Of a stretch of DNA of 64,000 nt, positions 49,216-62,704 are shown piece after piece. The DNA is from Camelus dromedarius (lineage: Eukaryota): NCBI RefSeq assembly GCF_036321535.1, contig NC_087436.1:12896001-12960000 (forward strand), read 5' to 3'. Positions within the stretch are counted from its first letter, which is position 1. Each line of letters begins with the position of its first letter. The translations under genes were made by a program, and so were the position numbers. The notes beneath the pieces are model-generated. The model was not told where the DNA came from. It made no database searches and saw nothing but the letters and a program-made list of their open reading frames with translations.

Positions 49216-52127
49216 TGGTAAGTTATGGTCCTTTTAATGGTTGGCTTTACTGTTTACCTATTGTTTACCAACATTTTTTTCTTAGTCTCAGCTCCCTAAT
49301 TTATGTATTTCTATCCCTGTATGTTGTATATATTTTTGTAGGCCACCTGTAGGCCACTTTCAATTATTGGTTGAAAGAGGCATTGAATAGATACATTTTA
49401 TGTGCTTTAATGATTGCTTTTAACACCCTGTGTTATGATTATTCTTTTATATTTTTACCCATTTGCCCACTATACTGAATGGCTTCACAACACCAGGGTC
49501 CATATTTTAGGAGTCCTAGGAGAGCAATGCCTGGCAGGTAATAGGCAATAAATATTTGCTATCTTAATGAATAGTTTAAAGTATAGTAGTATTACTCATA
49601 AGCCTAGTAGAGTTAAGTAATACCTGGTAGGCAGAGAAAGAATCAGTGAATAATTTACTGAAACAGTTAATGAATATAGGATTTTTTTTTCAGTGAATCC
49701 ATTGTATCAATAGCAATGAAGAAATATTATAATGGAATGGACTGATCATCTTTTTTTCAACTGGATGCTGTTAAAATATAAATGAAGATGATGATCCATC
49801 AGTACATGACCATAGAGCAAGTGAAATCCTATACGATATGACAGATAATGAAAACCTTCATAAAGAAATTGTCCAGCAAATAAATCGAAAAGTTAATCAA
49901 GAAAAGTGGCCAGGCAAAAGAACAATTCTGAGAGAGAATACTCTGCTTTAAGAAGCTTCAGATGACATCAATGGTCTAGGAAAATTCTGGCAAACTTTTA
50001 AAATAAAATGCTTAAACCTTTCTATGTGTAATGCTATGTGATTAAGCCTTCTGCAGCCAGTAAACTTGCCGCACATTCTAGTCTTGATTGCTTTATGATT
50101 TGTATCTAGATGAGCTGAAGAAACAGCACTCTAAAACATTTAAAATGCGATATTACTGTCCACGAAACATGAATGTGCAGTAAAAAAATCTCTTGTCATT
50201 GAGCAAGAATGTCAGGCTGGAAGTCCTGCTCAGGGCCACTAATCCTTGTATATGAAACAACTAATCAGGGAAGACCGGACGCCAAATGGGAGAGCCGGCA
50301 GATAAGGCTTTGCTCTCAGAGTAATGATTTTCAGGCATTAAAACACACTTTACCTCGTCAGGCTAATTTAAATGTGTACCTGCCAGATATTACACATCAC
50401 GGTGACTAAACGTGCATGTATGTTCAAAATTTTTTCATGCTTATGCAATAATCTTGGCATGAATGTATGACAGAATGATTTCATCGGACCTCAGGGAATA
50501 TGATATTGAATATCACTCTGTAACCATCTGCAAGGCACATAAAGCTATGTCTTACTTCGGACAAGTTTAATTGATAAAAACTCACTTCTTTTACAGAAAG
50601 ATTATTTGCTTTATAAATGATTCTTTTTTCAAAATTACGTTTAAGTATCATTTTCATCATGAATTTTAATTCAACCTACGAATATCTATTTTCATTAAAC
50701 ACTTTTTCAAACACATATAAATATTCTACATGCTATGCTTGGAAATAATTATACCTCTTTGCTTATGGTAAGTTACTAATGCTTTTTAACTTTTTGACAT
50801 TTCTGAAAAGTCCTTACAAGTATTTGAAAAGTTGGCTAATCCTTCTCTTGAATATTTTTCATTACTTCAGCAATTTTAAAAGGTGAGTTGCCGTGTTCAA
50901 ATAACTACGGTAGCTATAGAATATACATGTTTAGAATTAAAACCATGTGAAATAGTTTTTATAAAATGAAAATATTGAGATATGCCTTATTTTATTGACA
51001 GAAACCATCACCTATTATCATTTCATGCCTGGCAATAAATACTTCCTTACTTGTGCAACATTCAAGCTAAATATATGAGTTTATAAGTATGAACTCTACC
51101 CACAGGATCAGGCAACTCAGCAACCCACACACATACTGTATATGAGCCTCATGTTACTTTTTATTCTTTACTAATAGACCTCATAAGCATATTAATAGAT
51201 TTTACATTCATAAACAAGTTTCAACCTTCTCCTTTAAAAAAAATACACCAGAGTAGTTAGAATGATTTCTGGGTGTCACTGGAACTTCTTCTTGCTGTGA
51301 TTTTTCTTCAGATTTTTTTAAACCAGCGATCTCATGTAATCTTCATAGGTGTTACATGAAAGAAACACTTAGAAAACTTTTCTTTCTGTGTCAGACACCG
51401 ACAGGGTTTTTGTGTACATTTAACACCTGTGACTATGGGAAAGAGAGATGCTTAAGCTCTCAACGAAGTGAAGAACCTCGTTGGCAAAGTATTGCTCATA
51501 TGCCAGTAAAGGGAGCTGTAGTAGTAAAGGAATTATAGTAAAATCAAGTTACATTTTAAATTGCCTTTTGTATAAAAGTGTAAGATACACTACTTACGGT
51601 CTTCGAGCTAAAAAAGTAAAATCTTGGATCAATGGCTTAAACTCTAGCTCTAGCATTATTTTTCTTGATTGATAAATATTTTGAATATAAACAGTCTGGT
51701 TTCTTAAGTTAGCAAAGAATAGTTCAGGATTTAGAGGTCTGACTCTCACCTGGCTGCGTGCTCCACTTTGATGAAACACACGTAGTTTTAGACCAGGTTG
51801 GCCTTCCCACAGGTCCGGCTGGGGGTCCTGCTTGGTACGCCGCGAATGCAAGGTCCTGCCTGCTCTTTACCTGGATTATATATCAGGCTTGTGTTTGCAG
51901 CAGGTGACCTTAAGGAATGAGGCAGTGTCTCCATTCAGGGCAAAGAGCAGTCTTGCTTACCCATTGTTTCAGACTGGCTCCGAAACAATGGATTTTTCAG
52001 CCTCAGTACTCCTCTCCCGGAAAGCCACCTACCTACTGCCTGGGCAGGCATCATCTAACCCTCTAACTCACCCTTAATGACTGGGTTTGGGGAACTGATG
52101 TGAATGTGCTGACGTTATGACTCCTGC

Positions 52128-52395
52128 TTTTTTTTTAATTTATTGAAGTACATTCATTTACAATGTGTCAATTTCTGGTGTACAGCATAATGTTTCAGCC
52201 ATACATGTACATACATATATTTGTTTTCATATTCTTTTTCATTATAGGTTACTACAAGATATTAAATATAGTTCCCTGTGCTATACAGAAGAACCTTGTT
52301 TTTTTAAATCTATTTTATATATAGTAGTTAATATTAGCAATTTGTGAACTCCCAGTTTTATCCTTTCCCACCCCTTCCCCTACCCCCACTCCCGT
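52128..52395 (-). mobile_element. Short young L1 3' end
   Basis: tttattgaagtacattcatttacaatgtgtcaatttctggtgtacagcat..., the same 3' UTR as the 28789 and 62705 copies. Confidence 0.88.
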
Positions 52396-52889
52396 AATCC
52401 TTGTTATGAGCAAAAATGCCTTTCACCTCCGTTTCCTGACTCTTGTGTCTGGTTTCTTCTCAGAGCCTCTAGGCTGAGCGATTGTAACCATCACCTCATT
52501 CTTTGTCTCCACTTAAGAATCACAGTATCGTTCGTAGCCTGAAAAGAGTTGTTTCCTATATTTTGCTCAGTTTTCTAGTTGTTTGTGACAAAATGTTAAG
52601 TCCAGTCCCAGTTATGCCATCATGCCTGGAAGTTGAAATCTAGGACTTTATTTTTTTGGTTTAGATTTATCTGTTAAAATTCATCATCTTTTTTTTTTTT
52701 TTTTTTTTGGCCTCCATGAACAAAACAAGCACACAACTTTTAAAGCCTCTGTCTGGTGACTGAACTCTACTATCTGGAACCTTGTGGTTCTATTGCATTT
52801 TTGTTTTTCCCTTTTGTCTCCAAGTTCTCTTTGATTATATGTGGATATTGTATTTGCAGAACTGTTTGTAAAAATCATTTGATATCCAG

Positions 52890-53395
52890 GGTGATGAGAC
52901 AGATAGCTTTACGATGGTCCCCAGTGCCCGCATCCTTGCTTAGTCTTCTTTGCTGAGTGTGAGCTGGACTTCTTAACTCCATTCTGATGAGTGGAAAATG
53001 AAGAAGGAAACATTGTATGTCACGTTGGGGCTTTGGTTCTAAGAGCCTGTGGCTTTCATTTTGGTCTCCCTTTCTTGCTCTTGGCTCCCTGGCTCCGGGA
53101 GAAGCCCCCGCTGTGGGCAGCCCTGTAAAGAGGCCCACAAGGTGAGGAACTGAAGTCTCCTGCCAACAGCCAGGTGACTGAACTTGGAAGTGGCCCCGCT
53201 AGAGGCAGGCAGAGCGTAGGTGACCGCAGCACCATCTGACCCCGGGAGCGAAGCCTGCTGGAATCCTGATCCAGAACCACTGAGCTGAGCCACTCCTGGA
53301 TCCCAGACCCCCGGAAACTGTCAGATGAGAAACAGTTATTGTTTTAAGCCGCTACGTTTGGAATCATTTTTTACACATCAGGTCGATAACTAATA
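52890..53395 (+). mobile_element. MaLR LTR (MLT1E/F-like)
   Basis: gaggcccacaaggtgaggaactgaagtctcctgccaacagcca...cagacccccggaaactgt...ttgttttaagccgct...gataactaata. Confidence 0.75.
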
Positions 53396-54522
53396 AAGAT
53401 GATGTCTTTTAATAGTTAGGGTTTCTATCTGTGTCTGCTGGTTGCCTGGTGGTGCCAGCACTCTAGGACATCTGCGGATGCTGGTGGCCAGAACCTCCTG
53501 TCTTCAGTCTCAGGCAATGAGATGGTTCAAAGCTGAGATGCAGCCCCTTTGAGGGCCTTCCTGTGGTTCACCCGGAGGTGACAGGGTGTCCCTCTCTAAG
53601 GGACAGCCTAAGATGGGGGACTTAGGAGCGCTCCCCTCAGCCCTGTACAGGCCCTGAATCCCAGTCTCAGTGGCCAAAGCACTAGGCAGCTTGCGGGTCC
53701 CATTCAGCTGCCCAGCTGCCCTCCTCTCCCTCTGGGATTGGTAGAGTTTCCTGGGAAGAAACTCCTCCATATCTGGGGTGGAGTAACCTGGACTCCCTTC
53801 CCTGCCATCCTCTGGGTGAATCTTCAGTATGCTGTGAGTTATTTGATGCCTTCAGCTGGCTATTTCTTTCAACATTTTGTCCCACTTTTCTAGTTGTCCT
53901 CTAAGAGCCCGACTTGCTTCATCTACCATTATTGGAGGTGAAAGTCAGATCCTCCTTTCTCGATCTGAGAGGCTGAACAGCAGTGAAGTTTCCTGTCGCA
54001 CGTACTTAAGTCACAAAGTGTACTTAGCTGTAGGTTTCAGTGCGATGGTTCACTGAATTCTGTAGGAATTCCATGTACTTACTTTCCATCTAACACTCTG
54101 GAGGGCACTTTTCTGGTGGCCAGTCTGATTTGGCCTGCTCACGATTGTACACGGCAGCCTTGCTAGTTTTCCAGTGCACACAGATGGGCGGCAAGGTGTT
54201 AACTCTGACATTAATTCATTTTTGGAGTTTTACGCTGGCAGGCAGTGGTCTGTGTCTGATGTCACTTGGGTGACAGGGAATGAAGCTGCATATTTTCTAC
54301 TGTCATATTTTACCTCTTAGAATATTTGTTATTCTCTGCAAAGTTAATCTTGATGGTTTTATTGTTACATACACTTTCTAATAAAGAAGTAAATAAGCTT
54401 GTGTGGATTAAGTACCAACTCCAAATCACACGGAGAACATATGTCTCTGAAAAATGCGTTGATAGGAGAATTAATAGTTGGAACTCTTAAGATCTTTTTT
54501 GGGGGAAAAAGCCTATGTAATT

Positions 54523-54677
54523 AAAAAAAAATTTCCCTTATTTATTGGGGAAGAAGTAGTTAGGTTTATTTATTTATTTACCATTACTATTTTTTAATGG
54601 AGGAGCTGGAGATTTGAACCCAGGACCTTGTGCATGCTAAGCACACGCTCTACCACTGAGATATACCCTCTCCTCCC
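54523..54677 (-). mobile_element. vic-1-like tRNA SINE
   Basis: ttgaacccaggaccttgtgcatgctaagcacacgctctaccactgag; TSD agcctatgtaatt (54510-54522) / agcctgtgtaatt (54678-54690). Confidence 0.88.
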
Positions 54678-56095
54678 AGCCTGTGTAATTTTTAAAAGTA
54701 AATCTGTGTATGTTCTCTTGGGAAAAAAGCCAAGATACACTCTTCCTGAAAAAAAGTAGCTGTATACCCAAGGCTCCTGAGATATTCAGTTTATACATTT
54801 AATTATTTTAATTTATGAGTAGTATGCACACGGAGTTTCTTAGGTTATTGTTTTCCTTCATCCAAATGTTTAATGCTTCTTGGTTATATATATTAGAGTT
54901 GTTAAATCTCCCTAAGTCACATTTCAGTCTTGGAACAGTTGTCAATTAGCATATACAAACTCCAGAGTCAGAAATTTTGGAAGGAATTTAAATTCTGTCA
55001 CTTAATAGTTGTAAAACCTTGTACAAGAAATTTAACCAGCATTCCCTCTGCTCTGTCCCTCCAGCCACCATGTTCACAGAATCAATATTACAACTGTTTT
55101 CCAGACATTTCAATTTCTGTCTGAGAACGTGGACAATGATAATATCTTTCTCACCTACCTTGTAGGTTTGTGATAAGGAGAAAAATGATATTTATGAGAG
55201 CCTTTGTAAGCTCTGTAGCAATATGCCAGCATAAGGTGTGATTATTTGCAGTCTTCGCTCCTTTATAAAGTGTCAAGGCGAGACCACTGCATTAGATGTC
55301 CAATTTTCCATATTTTGAAGAAGAGAAAGATGTTTGAAGGAATCATAGTATCTAGGAAGCCAAAAATCTAAGGAAAACAGTTAAATATATCACTTGTAAC
55401 TTGAGAGAAAAAGCAGCAAGAAATACTTTATGTTAAGGGCACAAACCTTCTGGATTATAAAGTGTGTTGGTTGTGCTTAAGGGAAGAGAATGGAGGCCTC
55501 TTGTTTTTTGGTGGGAGCGAGCGGGTGGCGTGGGGGTGTTTCTGCCAGGTGGCTTCTGTCCCCTTTCCTTCCTCTGGATTTTAAAAGCGTGACCTACCTC
55601 TTGTGCTTTTGATTAGTTTAACACCAAGTGCGGAGCATTGAATATCAGTTCCTGACCTCGGGGAGAACTTTCTGAGAAACTGGAAATTAAACAAGTATGG
55701 GAAACTCTTCCTCTGGAAAACTCCCCCTCCTCACCTATCCCTTGGACAAGCCACTAGAAATTTCCAGGTTCTTGGTATATTTCTCTAAATGATAAATACA
55801 GTTACTTAAGGGCCAATCAGAGACGACCAGATGGTAACAATCTTAAGAGCACAAGGGAAAAAGAGGCAATACTTTTAGCTCTTCTTACCATATATAGATT
55901 TTTGATAGTGTACTTCATTTATAAAAATATTTGTTATTTAATTACCTATTGTCAGCTGAGTTATGAGGTACCATACACCATGTCACCATCTTTTCCATTT
56001 TATACATTTATCTCTCTCTCTTTTTTCCTCTTTTTTAAAAAATATACGTAGTATGATAGAGAAATAAAAGTTATCTTTTAAAAGTGGGAAAATAT

Positions 56096-56200
56096 ATATG
56101 AAAACAAACATACAGATAAACAACAAGGTCCTACTGTACAGCACAGGGAGCTATGTTCAATATCTTGTAGTAGCATATAATGGAAAAGAATATGAAAAAA

Positions 56201-56241
<41 letters not shown>

Positions 56242-56347
56242 TGTATATAATATATATAATAACTGAATCACCATGCTGTACGCCAGAAATTGACACATTG
56301 TAAACTGACTATACTTCAAGAAAAAAAAAAAACCCAAACCAAAACAA
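56096..56347 (+). mobile_element. Short L1 3' end with internal (TA)n
   Basis: cagataaacaacaaggtcctactgtacagcacaggg...gtaaactgactatacttcaag(A)n; TSD aaaagtgggaaaatat (56080-56095) / aaaagtgggtaaatat (56348-56363). Confidence 0.88.
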
Positions 56348-56616
56348 AAAAGTGGGTAAATATGAATTTCCTTGTGAAATATACCAAATACTGATGTATC
56401 TTGAGATATCAAGTAGAATTGTTCGTTTTCATGGTTCTAGAAATAATATCTTTTCCTAAAACAGTATCCATCAGTTTTATTTAACTGGGCCCTGGGCAGC
56501 TATATATTGGATATACAGCAAACTGGTACTGAAAGAGAAAAGAAAATGATGTTCAGAAGAGAAAAATGAAAAACTCTCTATTCTTAGAGGATAAGACCTA
56601 AATTCTATTTGAATTT

Positions 56617-56941
56617 TGCCTCAGTTTGGGCTGCTGTGACAAGGACTGTAGACTGGGTGGCTTAATGTATTTCTCATCGTTCCGGAGGTCAGAGGTCCAA
56701 CATCAGGGTGTCAGCACCCTCGGGCTCTGGTGAGAGCCCTCTTCCTGGGCTGTCTTCTCGCTGTGTCCTCGTGTGATGGAGACGGGGGTTCTCATGTCTT
56801 TCTCCTTTTATAAGGACATTAATAACCCCGTTTTTAAGGGCTTCGCTCTAAAGACTGATCTACCCTAATTACCTGCCAAATGCTTCACCTCTAAATACCG
56901 TCACACTGGGGATTAGGGATTCAAACATTCAGTCCGTAGCA
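56617..56941 (-). mobile_element. MaLR LTR (MLT1A-like)
   Basis: cagtttgggctgctgtgacaa...tagactgggtggcttaa...tctggtgagagccctcttcctgg...aaacattcagtccgtagca. Confidence 0.85.
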
Positions 56942-57384
56942 GACTTTAGGATGCTGTTCCCTAGTACGGGTCTAAGGCTGGGTTGGAAAGCCCCGCACCT
57001 GAGCCCCGTTCAGAGCTTCATAAGGCTGATGAAAATAGTTCTCTAAGAATCTGACGTTTGTGAGAATCTCATGCTTCATGGCTTACCCCTCTACTCACTG
57101 AATGAATTTTCCTTTTTTCTTTTTAGCCAGTTTTAGTTTTTCTTGGTCTGGAAGTACGATTAGGAAACAGTGGTATACAGTGACTCAATTATAACTTTTA
57201 GTTGAAAGCTGAGGTTAAAAATAGGGTTTGTGCATGTTATATGGATATTTTAGGCTGATAGTTTATTACTGTTATTATTATTATTATTAACTAAATAATG
57301 TATCAGTCAGCAACTTTTCCCCAATGTATCCCTTTTATGTTACTGGCATAAAGTTATAGCTGGCAATGAATCAATACTTAACAT

Positions 57385-57570
57385 CGATTGAGTTCTTACT
57401 ATGTGCTAGATAATGCCATGCATTTTATATGGAATATCTGATTTAATCTTCACAACAACCGCATGAGGTAGGTCCTATTATTAAGCCATTTTGTAGATGT
57501 GGAAACTGAGGCTTCCAACAGCAAAATAATGTGCCTAAGGTCAAATAGATCATAAATGGTAGAGTCAGGG
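57385..57570 (-). mobile_element. MIR remnant
   Basis: tttaatcttcacaacaaccgcatgaggtagg...tttgtagatgtggaaactgaggc. Confidence 0.75.
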
Positions 57571-58130
57571 TGCCTGTGTTGGTGTTATTACAGAGGTTTC
57601 CAGCTCCCTCAGGTAACAAGTCTCCCATAGGAAGAAGGAGTTCCACTTCTCATGGGAAAATTTTATATTAACATTGAATAAATCATTTGACAAGAGGTAT
57701 GTCCAAGAAGCAGGGTTGGAGGTTATCAAAGTAACACTTAGTGTTTACATGGTACTACATTTTTTTCTCCTTCAAGCATCTCTAATTAAACCATGGGAGA
57801 CTTTTGCAAATTAAATTGGTATAATTAATGCCAGATAAGATTGGGAAATTGAAACTCAGATTTATAGACAAGAACTTTAATTTATCTGTGACAGTAGAAG
57901 TGTACCAGTGGTCCATGTGCAACATTGGTATTGCCCCGTTATTCATAATAATATTGCTTAATATGAAAAGACAAGTCCCAGTCTACTAACAGTGAAACAG
58001 CTGTAAAACTGGTGGTCTGGAAGACCTTACTAGGTACCAGGTTAGTACCTGTTGAGTTAATAGGGTTCATGGAGGGCCCAGGGATTCTATTTTTATCTCT
58101 GGTTTGTGTTTTGTAAGTTGGAAACAATAG

Positions 58131-58132
<2 letters not shown>

Positions 58133-58162
<30 letters not shown>
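58133..58162. repeat. (GT)n microsatellite
   Basis: About 15 GT units directly visible. Confidence 0.95.
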
Positions 58163-58165
<3 letters not shown>

Positions 58166-58506
58166 AATTGCTAAGACCACTGCTAGAGACACCACTGGGG
58201 GCCGAGAAAAACCTTGGGATTTCACTCCTTCTTTGGCCCTCGGCTCTCCTCCTTGTCCCTTTGTGCAGCTCTAATGAGAAGCTAGTTGACAAGGGAGTCT
58301 GTGTCGTGTAGTTTGCAGGGTCTTTCTGGGAGTCACGCAGCAGAGCAGGGGCGGGGCAGGTAGGGATGGGGTGCAGACACACCTGTGTTGTGCACACATG
58401 GCATTTGTGGGGACAGTGCTCAGCACCCTGTGCCTTTGTTCCCCTTTTGTGACAGAAGAAAATGAACTCCTGATTTGGGGATTTTTTTTTTTATGGTCCT
58501 TTAAAG

Positions 58507-58620
58507 TTTCTTTTCTTTCTTTCCTTCCTTCCTTCCTCTTTCTTTTCTTTTCTTTTCTTTTCTTTTCTTTTCTTTTCTTTTCTTTTCTTTTCTTTTCTTT
58601 TCTTTTCTTTCTTTTCTTTC

Positions 58621-58698
<78 letters not shown>

Positions 58699-58865
58699 CT
58701 CTTCCTTCCTTCCTTCCTTCCTTCCTTCCTCTCTTTCTTCCTTCCTTTCCTTCTCTCTCTTCCTTCCTTCCTTCTTTCCCTTTCTTTCTTTCTTCCTTCC
58801 TTCCTCTCTTTCTTCCTTCCTTTCCTTCCTTTCCTTCTCTTCCTTCCTTCCTTCTTTTCTTTCTT

Positions 58866-58899
<34 letters not shown>

Positions 58900-59110
58900 T
58901 CTTTCTTTTTCTTTCTCTCTTCCTTCCTTTCCTTCTCTCTCTTCCTTGCTTCCTTCTTTCCCTTTCCTTCTCTCTCTTCCTTGCTTCCTTCTTTCCCTTT
59001 CCTTCTTTCCCTTTCTTCCTTCCTTTCCTTCTCTTCCTTCCTTTCCTTCTCTTCCTTCCTTTCCTTCTCTTCCTTCCTTCCTTCTCTTCCTTCTCTTCCT
59101 TCCTTCCTTC

Positions 59111-59206
<96 letters not shown>

Positions 59207-59273
59207 TCCTTTCTGTTCTTTCTTTCTTTCCTTTCTGTTCTTTCTTTCTTTCCTTTCTTTTCTTTTCTTTTCT
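58507..59273. repeat. Compound polypyrimidine microsatellite (CTTTT, CTTT, CCTT and CT units)
   Basis: About 770 bp almost entirely C/T on the + strand, with only a handful of G. Confidence 0.97.
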
Positions 59274-60794
59274 ATGAAACATGGAATTCCTCTATAAAAG
59301 TCAGGAGTCCTATCACTTGGGCATCTACTTCAGTTCTAACCATGCCTTCAGGATTTGGGTTTCCCAAACAGTATCTGCTGAGGGGATTCCATTTTGTGAT
59401 GAGAAAATGCTTCAGGATAACCCTTGACAAACCTAATTGTGAAATAGTGTAGTGTTGATGGGAGCAGCTACATGGATTTAGGTTCTTTCCACACACGGTA
59501 AATAGGAGTTCTTCATAGTTCTTCACAGCACTGGTCTCCATTAGGTGTCTGCAGAGGTGTTTCCTTCTTAGAAATCTCTCATATATATAAATACGTGTAT
59601 TTTTTTGCAGTTTTAGAAAATATGTATGTATTTTTTTCAATTTTGGAAACAATTTGTTGCTATAGCCTTTTCTGTTGTTGAGTTGTTCAATTTGACCACT
59701 TTTGTGAAAATATTTAGTAACTGAAAGTATTATAATAATGGTTTTTAAAATTGTTTGGTAGGGGTTGGATTTGTTTTGCACATCTATGGAGTATTTGTGT
59801 GACAATCTAAGAAACTGTGACCTTAGAGGACAGTATTTGGACTGATAACATATCCAGTCCAACCAACTTTAGAATCAGCATTGTAATTAACCATCTTTTT
59901 GGAACAAAGACTTCATTTTATTTTCTTTAGACTTTTCAGCATACCCCCCTGCCCTGCCCTGCCCATTCATATATGTAGATATTTTTACTATAGCATGGAG
60001 GATTGTTTAACAACTATCTAAATACAGATTTCTAGATGTTATTAGTATGGAATGTGCAAGAGTTGGCATTTTATCTCAGAACTGAGCTCACCAACTTTTA
60101 GAACTTGATGCCTTGACCTGAGCAGGCAACCATCACCTTTTGAACTTCAAAACAAAACAGTGAATTTCATAATGGGAAACACTGTGACATGCTTGTATTA
60201 TAAATAATAAAAACTGGCTCTTCTGGGTGAAATTAAGGCTCTGAGGAGGAGACGTACCCCAGCAGCTGTTTTCCAGTTTGTCTTTCGGAAGCACAGAGCT
60301 TCTACACACTAAATTTATAAACCGGGTAACTTGATTCTATAATGAAAATTCCATTCCTTTGGAAATATGAGTCTGATTTTCTACTTAAACAGTTAGCAAA
60401 TTTTATTTTAATTTTTAGCAAATTACTGTTTCTGTTTAAGCTAAAGAAATTTGTTCTAAATTGAAATGTGTAATTTTTAAATAATCAGTGCTATCCTAAT
60501 TCTTGAGAGTGACCTACCCCTTTCTGTTGTGTATTTTTTCTTTTAACTCGTTTTAATTTGCAAGAAGATAAATAAAACTAGTTTTTCATAAAGTAATTCA
60601 TCTAGTTTTCATAAAATAATTAATCGGAACAACCATTTATTTCTGCATCTGACTGAGGATTTATGTGGGGTAAAAACACTTATCAACAAAAGTTAAACAT
60701 AAAAGTGCAGGTCATCCTGATGTAATTGCAGTGATAGAATTATGCTGGTGTTATTATGGTTTTGCATCTGGTGTCAACAGACTGATTTTCCAGG

Positions 60795-60982
60795 TCAGTA
60801 GTTCTCAAGGTGTGGTCCCAGGACCTAAAGGATTAGCATCACTGAACCTGTTAGAAATGTAAATTTCTTGAGTCCCATCCCAGACCTATTGAAACAGAAA
60901 CCTTCCATAGAAGGTAGGGGTAGAGGAGTCTTGAGTTTTGAAAGATCTCCAGGTGATTCAGTGGACCCTAGAATAATTACTG
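60795..60982. mobile_element. MER5A hAT-Charlie element
   Basis: cagtagttctcaaggtgtggtccc...agcatcact..gttagaaatgtaaatttcttgagtcccatcccagacctattgaaacagaaa...ctccaggtgattc. Confidence 0.8.
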
Positions 60983-62704
60983 TAATCTGGTGTCAGTCTC
61001 CACCTTGGCTCACTCTACTATAAGCCAGGTATAAGAGGTGGCACAGACACTCTAGAAAACCCAAATCATTAAAACCATTGATGCTGGTTGTTTCATTTGT
61101 AAAAGTCCTTTCTTGTGGAGAAAAACTGATGTGACTGCTTTTGGGATAAGGCAGAGGTAGTTCTAAAGGCAGGGATGTTTATTTACACCTTCATAAGTTT
61201 TGTCACTATAGCAGTCCGGCCATGGCGATGGGAGGGAGAGGAAGCAGGTACGGGGGAGTGCTTCTTATTTAAAGTGGTGCTTGCTGTCATCTGTGCTGTG
61301 TTAGTAAGATACAAGAAGGTAACAGACATGAAAGTGATCTGCACACTGGGAAGCTCTATATAAATGCGACTTGTGCATTTGTTGAGTCAGCATTTCAGAC
61401 GCTGGAGCATCAGCAGTGAAGAAAACGCAAGCCCTTGTCCTCCTGGAACTCCCTTTGGGGAGCTGCTGTGAAATATAAACCTGTCTGTGTTACAAATGAA
61501 GCTATACATGGGCACTTACAAGTAAGCTGAGGTTCATTAGTAGAAAAAAATTGCAATTCAAAATAGGCCCATGTAACAATGAGAATTTGCCTTCTCAGTT
61601 AGAGGGTGGTTTCAAACACATCTAACTAGAAAGTAAGAGAACCCAAAATCCATGTCAGCAGATCCATTTTCCATAACCCTCATGCTGTTTCCCTCAAGTT
61701 TCATTTTACGGAAGCTTTATTTGAGTCATCATTTTTAATTTCTTTACTTTTTCTCAACTCATCAGGTCTTTTCATTACTTTATGCCTTTTATCATGCTTT
61801 TTTTCTTTTGCGCCTGTAATGCCCTTACTTTCTCTTTTTCACTTAAGAAAATTGTATATATTCTTCAAAATCCAGCTCAAGTCTCACTCCTGGGACCTGT
61901 TGGTTCCCAGTTTCTCAGGCTGAGCTGGTTTCTCCATCTCCTGTCCTGTCCTGGCAGCTTGTCTGATCTGCACTGGAGTCTGCAGTCCCTTACTGAATCC
62001 CTCCCTCTCTGCACCCATCTCCTCCTCTAGATGGTGGGTTCCTGGAGGAGGGGGACCACATCTCATGAAACTTGTGTCATCAGCACCCACCGGACTGTTG
62101 GTGGTAACTAGCAGGGGCTTCATAAATATTTGCTCCCTTAATGAACTTAGTTGGGTAGTCTGGCTTCTAATTCCCCCAGCCCTTGAGAAAGAGCAAGTTA
62201 AAAGAGAGCTTCCTGGTGTTGGGACCATAGCAGTGAGGAGGGACTTGATCATTTCACAACAGAGGAGTAAACAAAAGCTATTTTTTTTTTTTAAAAAAGA
62301 GCATATAGAAGGGCAGAAATCTGGAGAACAAAGACCAATTACGTTATAAGTCAGAAATGAAGGTTCAGATTTAAAGGAAAGACTAAACTGTATTCATGTA
62401 CTTAAGATTTCCAGAAGTGGGTGTCTCAAGAGGTCAACTGTCCAGATTTTCAAATATGATTTTAAGTAGTGACACTTATTATAGTGGTCTGTCTGGTATT
62501 ATAATTTTCATTAGTTTTTAGTTTGATAGCATTCTCTTCCAGGAGAAAATATTACACCTTATAGTTCAGAGAGAGAAAATGGACTTTCGTAGGTTTGAGA
62601 GAGACACATGTCCATATATTTTCTCATTTATGTTACTTGTAACCTTTTAAATCCTATAATGTGCTAATCTTTTGTGGCTAAGAAACACTTTGATGTGTGT
62701 GTTC

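Noticed and set aside
58371..59452. Long ORFs of 308, 263, 168 and 98 aa (F/L/S-rich or K/E/R-rich)
   Set aside because: Artefacts of the stop-free polypyrimidine microsatellite.
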